From Vulcanimicrobiota bacterium (GTDB lineage: Bacteria; Vulcanimicrobiota; Vulcanimicrobiia; Vulcanimicrobiales; Vulcanimicrobiaceae): a DNA stretch of 64,000 nt. The notes under the pieces are model-generated. The model made no database searches, had not been told where the DNA came from, and was given only the letters and a program-made list of their open reading frames with translations. The stretch lies in the NCBI GenBank assembly GCA_963777315.1, contig CAVZQC010000002.1, positions 512,001 to 576,000 on the forward strand, in the 5' to 3' direction. Position numbers and translations under genes: made by a program. Of the stretch, positions 59,942 through 64,000 are shown in pieces. Each line of letters opens with the position of its first letter. Position 1 is the stretch's first letter.

Positions 59942-61672
59942 ATGCTCGTCCGATCGCTCGCCGTAGCATGCTTGCTCGGACTCATTGGGACGACTTCGCC
60001 CGCTGTACCGGCTTGGCGTCAAGGCTCGCCGGCCGTCGCCGCGCACGCCATGGTCGCCGCCGAGCAGCATTACGCCACGCGCGCCGGCGTCGCGGTTTTG
60101 CAGCGCGGCGGCAATGCGGTGGATGCGGCCGTGGCGACGGCTTACGCGCTCGCCGTCGTCGATCCGTGTTGCGGCAACATCGGGGGCGGAGGGTTCATGC
60201 TCGTGCGCATGCACGACGGGCGCGAGCGCTTCATCGATTTTCGCGAAGAAGCGCCGCTGCGCGCACGCCCCGACATGTATTTGGACAAAGCCGGCAACGT
60301 GATCGCGCACGCCAGCACGAAGGGATATCTTGCAGTCGGCGTTCCCGGAACCGTCATGGGGTTGGAGCGCGCGCGAGAAGAATTCGGCACGCAGCCGCGC
60401 GCGGCGCTCATGGCGCCCGCGATCGCTCTGGCGCAGAACGGTTGGATACTGCAGCCGGGCGATGCTGCAGTCTTTCAAGGCGCGGCAAGCCAAGGAGCCG
60501 GCGGCGCCTATACGTTCGCAAATCAGCCCAACGTGCGCGCAATTTTCCTGAAAAACGGACGCTTGCCGCGCGCCGGCGACCGCCTGCGCCAGCCCGAGCT
60601 CGCGGCAACGCTGCGCGCTATCGCTAAAGACGGAGCCAAAGCATTTTACGAAGGGCCGATAGCGGCCGCAATCGTTCGCGCCGCTCACGAGCACGGCGGC
60701 ATGCTCGCGCCCGACGACTTCACGCATTATCGCGTGCGCGAGCGCACTCCGGTGCACTGCGCGTATCGTGGTTACGTCGTCGTGTCGGCGCCCCCGCCCA
60801 GTTCAGGCGGCGTAACGCTGTGCGAAACGCTCAACATCGTGTCGGCGTATCCGCTGCGATCCTGGGGCTGGCACTCCGCGCAAAGCGCGCACTACACGAT
60901 CGAAGCCGAGCGCCGCGCATATGCCGATCGCAACACGTATTTAGGAGATCCGGCCTTCGTCCCCAATCCGGTGGCGCAATTGCTTTCCGGCCGGTACGCC
61001 GATATGCTGCGCGCGTCGATTCGGACCAGCGAGGCGACCCCGTCCGCGCAGGTGCGTCCGGGTCTCGGCCCGATTGCGCACGAAAACGACGACACCACGC
61101 ATTTTTCGATCGTGGACGCGCAAGGCAACGCCGTCGCCCTGACGTTCACGATCAACGATTGGTTCGGCGCGGGCGTCATCGCCGCAAACACCGGATTTTT
61201 TCTCAACGATGAAATGGACGACTTCACGAGCAAACCCGGGGTGGCCAACATGTTCGGTTTGGTGCAGGGCGTGCGCAACGACATCCGGCCCGGCAAACGG
61301 CCGCTGTCGTCGATGGCGCCGACGATTCTCACCAAAGACGGAAAGGTGTTCATGGTTACCGGAAGCCCGGGCGGAGCGCGCATCATCACCGTCGTGCTCT
61401 CGACGATTCAAAACGTTCTCGACTACGGGATGAACGTTCAGCAGGCCGTAAACGCGCCGCGAATTCACATGCAATGGCTGCCGGACCGGCTGCAATACGA
61501 ACCGGGCGCACTGAGCGATTCGGCGATAAAGCGGCTCGAGTCGATGGGCTACTCGCTCGAGGAGATTGCGTCGTGGGGTTCCGCGCAAGCCGTGGTCGTG
61601 GATGCGCGCACCCACGAACGCTACGGGGGAACGGATCGCCGCGGCCCGTCGGGATTGGCCGCGGGCTACTAG
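59942..61672 (+). CDS. ggt: Gamma-glutamyltransferase
   Basis: GGNAVDAAVA, GGGGF, IDFRE.AP, PPPSSGG, DTTHFS nucleophile Thr, LNDEMDDF, KRPLSSM.P. Confidence 0.96.
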   Translation: MLVRSLAVACLLGLIGTTSPAVPAWRQGSPAVAAHAMVAAEQHYATRAGVAVLQRGGNAVDAAVATAYALAVVDPCCGNIGGGGFMLVRMHDGRERFIDFREEAPLRARPDMYLDKAGNVIAHASTKGYLAVGVPGTVMGLERAREEFGTQPRAALMAPAIALAQNGWILQPGDAAVFQGAASQGAGGAYTFANQPNVRAIFLKNGRLPRAGDRLRQPELAATLRAIAKDGAKAFYEGPIAAAIVRAAHEHGGMLAPDDFTHYRVRERTPVHCAYRGYVVVSAPPPSSGGVTLCETLNIVSAYPLRSWGWHSAQSAHYTIEAERRAYADRNTYLGDPAFVPNPVAQLLSGRYADMLRASIRTSEATPSAQVRPGLGPIAHENDDTTHFSIVDAQGNAVALTFTINDWFGAGVIAANTGFFLNDEMDDFTSKPGVANMFGLVQGVRNDIRPGKRPLSSMAPTILTKDGKVFMVTGSPGGARIITVVLSTIQNVLDYGMNVQQAVNAPRIHMQWLPDRLQYEPGALSDSAIKRLESMGYSLEEIASWGSAQAVVVDARTHERYGGTDRRGPSGLAAGY

Positions 61673-63477
61673 CGCTGCTGCAGGCGTAGGCCGAACTCGA
61701 TGCTGCGCCGCCCGAGCCGGCGCTCCGTAGCGGCAAACCAGCGCACGCCGTCATCCAGCGGCGCGCTTATCGATGCGTCCACGTGCGGATCGGGCCGGTA
61801 ATCGATGAGATCGTTGCGCCAAATTGCGTCGGCGCGCAAGCCTCGCGGACTTTCGTACGTCACCCATACGCTGGCCGGCGTAGCGGGAACGGGCGCAGCG
61901 CCGAAACGCTGCAGATCGGCGTACGGGCGCGTGGTATCGTCGAAATGCATCGTCCACGCTCGCAGCGACACGCTGGGTGCGATTTGCCAAGCCAGTGACG
62001 CTCCGACGGCAGCGACGTCGCCTTCGTCCAAATCCGAAACGTGCGCCTTCAGCCCCGTAACGGATGCGCGAAGCCTGTGCCGATCGGTGAATTCCAAAGT
62101 CGCACTGCGCTGCGAATAGCGGTCGTACGCCAGTGCGTACTCGTCCGCCTCAGACGCGTACGCTTCCAGCAGCGAGGGCAAGCGAAACGATTCGCTGACG
62201 CCGGCGGACAGATTCCACTGCGGCGAAACGCCGTACGAAACCCAGGCCGAAGGCGTCGCCATGCGCGCGCTCAGCGGCGTGGAAACCCCAAGCGTTCCTC
62301 CCGAGTACGCGGCCTCAAACGCGCCGATGCCGGCGCTCCACGCGAACCGATCGCCGTGGTACTGCGCGCCGGCATCCACATGCGTTTCCAATGCGGTGCC
62401 TGCGATGCGAGGCTGCGTACCGGTCGTATCGTAATACCCCGACGAAAACCGGGCGCTCAGATCGGCGAAAGCCGATATCGGGCCATTCGAACTCACGCCC
62501 GTCGTCAGCGTCGTATCGCTCCAGCCGCCGGAAGCGCCGAACGCATGCAATGCCGCCCCATACGCGGACCGGTCCGCAGTGAGATCGGCGTATGCATGCG
62601 TCGCGCTCGCGCGATCCCAGTGAACCCGCAACGCGCTCGTGCTGCCCGCAAAGGTCTGGTCTGCAAAGGACAGATCGCGATCGCGCGCCGCGATTGCCGT
62701 TGCGCTGAACGTATCCGCTCCGTCGACGGTATCTGCGGCCACAACGGCGCGCGCGCGCGAATCCAAATCGCCGGCCGAATCGGCAAGCGAGTACGACGCG
62801 CGCGATCCGGCGCGGCCGAAAACAACGGTCTGCTGCGTTCCGGCAAGTGCAGCACCCGCGCCACCCGCCTGCGGCGTGGTTTGCACGAAGAATGTGCCGG
62901 CGCCGGCGAGATCGCCATATCGAAACGCCTGCGAAGGATCGCCCGGCTGCGCACTCCACGCGCCGAATTCCGGCAACTGCCGCAGCGGCGTTATGCCGGC
63001 TGCGAAATCGTACGGCGGAATGCCGTCGGCCGCCGGCAGGCCGCCCAATCCTAAGAGGCCGTAGAGCGCGAGGCGCGGTCCGGGAAGCACGTTCGAACTG
63101 TCGTCGAGCACGACGAAGGGCGTCAGCGCCAGCACGGATTCGACGTGCGCGTAGGGTAAAGCGGCGAGATCGCGCGGCGACGGAGCCTGCGAAACCAGCG
63201 CGTGATAGCGTTCGACTATGGCAGCGACGGTACCGTCGGCTGCAACGGCCGCTTGGGTGGGCCGGCAGTACGCGCAGGTGATGCGAACCTGACGCGCTTG
63301 CGCCGGCAAAGCAAAGGTGCCGTCCGGGCCGGTGGTCGTCCGTGCGGCGCCGGCGCGTACCGTCGCTGCTGCTATCGGTTCCCCGAACTGGTCGCGAACG
63401 GCTCCGGCGACGAGCGGCGCTGGCGCGGCGCCGCCGAGCGCGGCGGCCAACCACAAGAGCGCGAGCCGGTTTTTCAC
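61669..63477 (-). CDS. Exported TonB-dependent-receptor-like beta-barrel protein with N-terminal carboxypeptidase-regulatory-like domain
   Basis: Signal peptide, GAVRDQFGEPIAAATV...TT.PDG.F, SFRLPSL.E motif, C-terminal FGLRL strand. Confidence 0.6.
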   Translation of the reverse strand: MKNRLALLWLAAALGGAAPAPLVAGAVRDQFGEPIAAATVRAGAARTTTGPDGTFALPAQARQVRITCAYCRPTQAAVAADGTVAAIVERYHALVSQAPSPRDLAALPYAHVESVLALTPFVVLDDSSNVLPGPRLALYGLLGLGGLPAADGIPPYDFAAGITPLRQLPEFGAWSAQPGDPSQAFRYGDLAGAGTFFVQTTPQAGGAGAALAGTQQTVVFGRAGSRASYSLADSAGDLDSRARAVVAADTVDGADTFSATAIAARDRDLSFADQTFAGSTSALRVHWDRASATHAYADLTADRSAYGAALHAFGASGGWSDTTLTTGVSSNGPISAFADLSARFSSGYYDTTGTQPRIAGTALETHVDAGAQYHGDRFAWSAGIGAFEAAYSGGTLGVSTPLSARMATPSAWVSYGVSPQWNLSAGVSESFRLPSLLEAYASEADEYALAYDRYSQRSATLEFTDRHRLRASVTGLKAHVSDLDEGDVAAVGASLAWQIAPSVSLRAWTMHFDDTTRPYADLQRFGAAPVPATPASVWVTYESPRGLRADAIWRNDLIDYRPDPHVDASISAPLDDGVRWFAATERRLGRRSIEFGLRLQQR

Positions 63478-63510
63478 GGATTCTTCACAGATTCGGCTAT
63501 ACTGGAAGTA

Positions 63511-63768
63511 ATGTCAAGGCGCCCCGTCCGTTCGTGGTTTTACGCGGTGCTGGCCGGGGCGCTCGTGCTCGCCGGCGCAGCGGGTTTCGCGGGGGCGGCT
63601 TCCGTGGAGTCGATGCTCGAGGGCTCGCTCCAGGCCTCGGGCGCTCCCTCGCTGCTGGGCCCAATTACCGAAGCCGGCCGCACGGGATGGGCGTGCAAAC
63701 CCGAGCAGGCCGCCGCTGCGGCCTCGGCTCGCGCAGCCGAATTGCCTTCTGCCGACGATACGCACTGA
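63511..63768 (+). CDS. Small exported or membrane hypothetical protein
   Basis: TATACT 7 nt before ATG; hydrophobic N-terminus. Confidence 0.55.
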   Translation: MSRRPVRSWFYAVLAGALVLAGAAGFAGAASVESMLEGSLQASGAPSLLGPITEAGRTGWACKPEQAAAAASARAAELPSADDTH

Positions 63769-64000
63769 ATGCGGGCAGACGTACCGGCGCTCGCACTGTG
63801 TTTGCTCGCGGCGGGGAATGCAGCAGCCCCCGCACAGGATTATCCGACGGCCGTCCCGGCGCCGCAAACGACGTCGATCCCACAATTGCACGCCATCGCG
63901 CGTTCGCGCGAAGTGCACGAACGGTTTGCGCTGGGATTAGCGGCCGAGCAGCGCGGCGATTGGGCGCAAGGCGCGTCGGAATTCGAACGCATCGTGCAGC
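63769..64000 (+). CDS. Exported TPR-like protein (partial, runs off the window)
   Basis: Signal-like N-terminus, then RFALGLAAEQRGDWAQGASEFERIV TPR-like helix pair. Confidence 0.55.
   Translation, partial: MRADVPALALCLLAAGNAAAPAQDYPTAVPAPQTTSIPQLHAIARSREVHERFALGLAAEQRGDWAQGASEFERIVQ

Noticed and set aside
59852..60757. N-terminal 300-aa extension of the pnp ORF (1040 aa)
   Set aside because: Antisense to ggt; the real start is GTG 59851 with an AGGAG RBS

Overview
GC-rich bacterial core-genome window, mostly minus-strand operons. It combines Bacillota-like synteny (rpiB-glyA-upp-comEB-tagO-wecB-atp operon-murA-mreB; rsbV-rsbW) with outer-membrane and LPS genes (LptA-like pair, ADP-heptose pathway, LpxB-like, TonB-receptor-like). 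This suggests a diderm Terrabacteria lineage such as Eremiobacterota or Armatimonadota (inference). I found no CRISPR array, rRNA, tRNA, transposase or prophage. Less obvious elements: (1) a 6S RNA at 23300-23485; (2) four or five single-base insertions that break or fuse genes, all at AGCT, possibly a DNA-modification footprint in the sequencing data; (3) an orphan Dam-family methyltransferase between glyA and upp; (4) a 27-bp REP-like in-frame insertion in atpD; (5) a YtrA-type GntR/ABC operon flanked by two unannotated small ORFs, with a palindromic operator; (6) SigB-like promoters before stress-type genes; (7) a standalone M91-like metalloprotease; (8) an M48 pseudo-protease-RDD fusion; (9) an epimerase-DUF1611-peptide-binding-C39 cluster. 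All family assignments come from visual motif recognition, not database searches.
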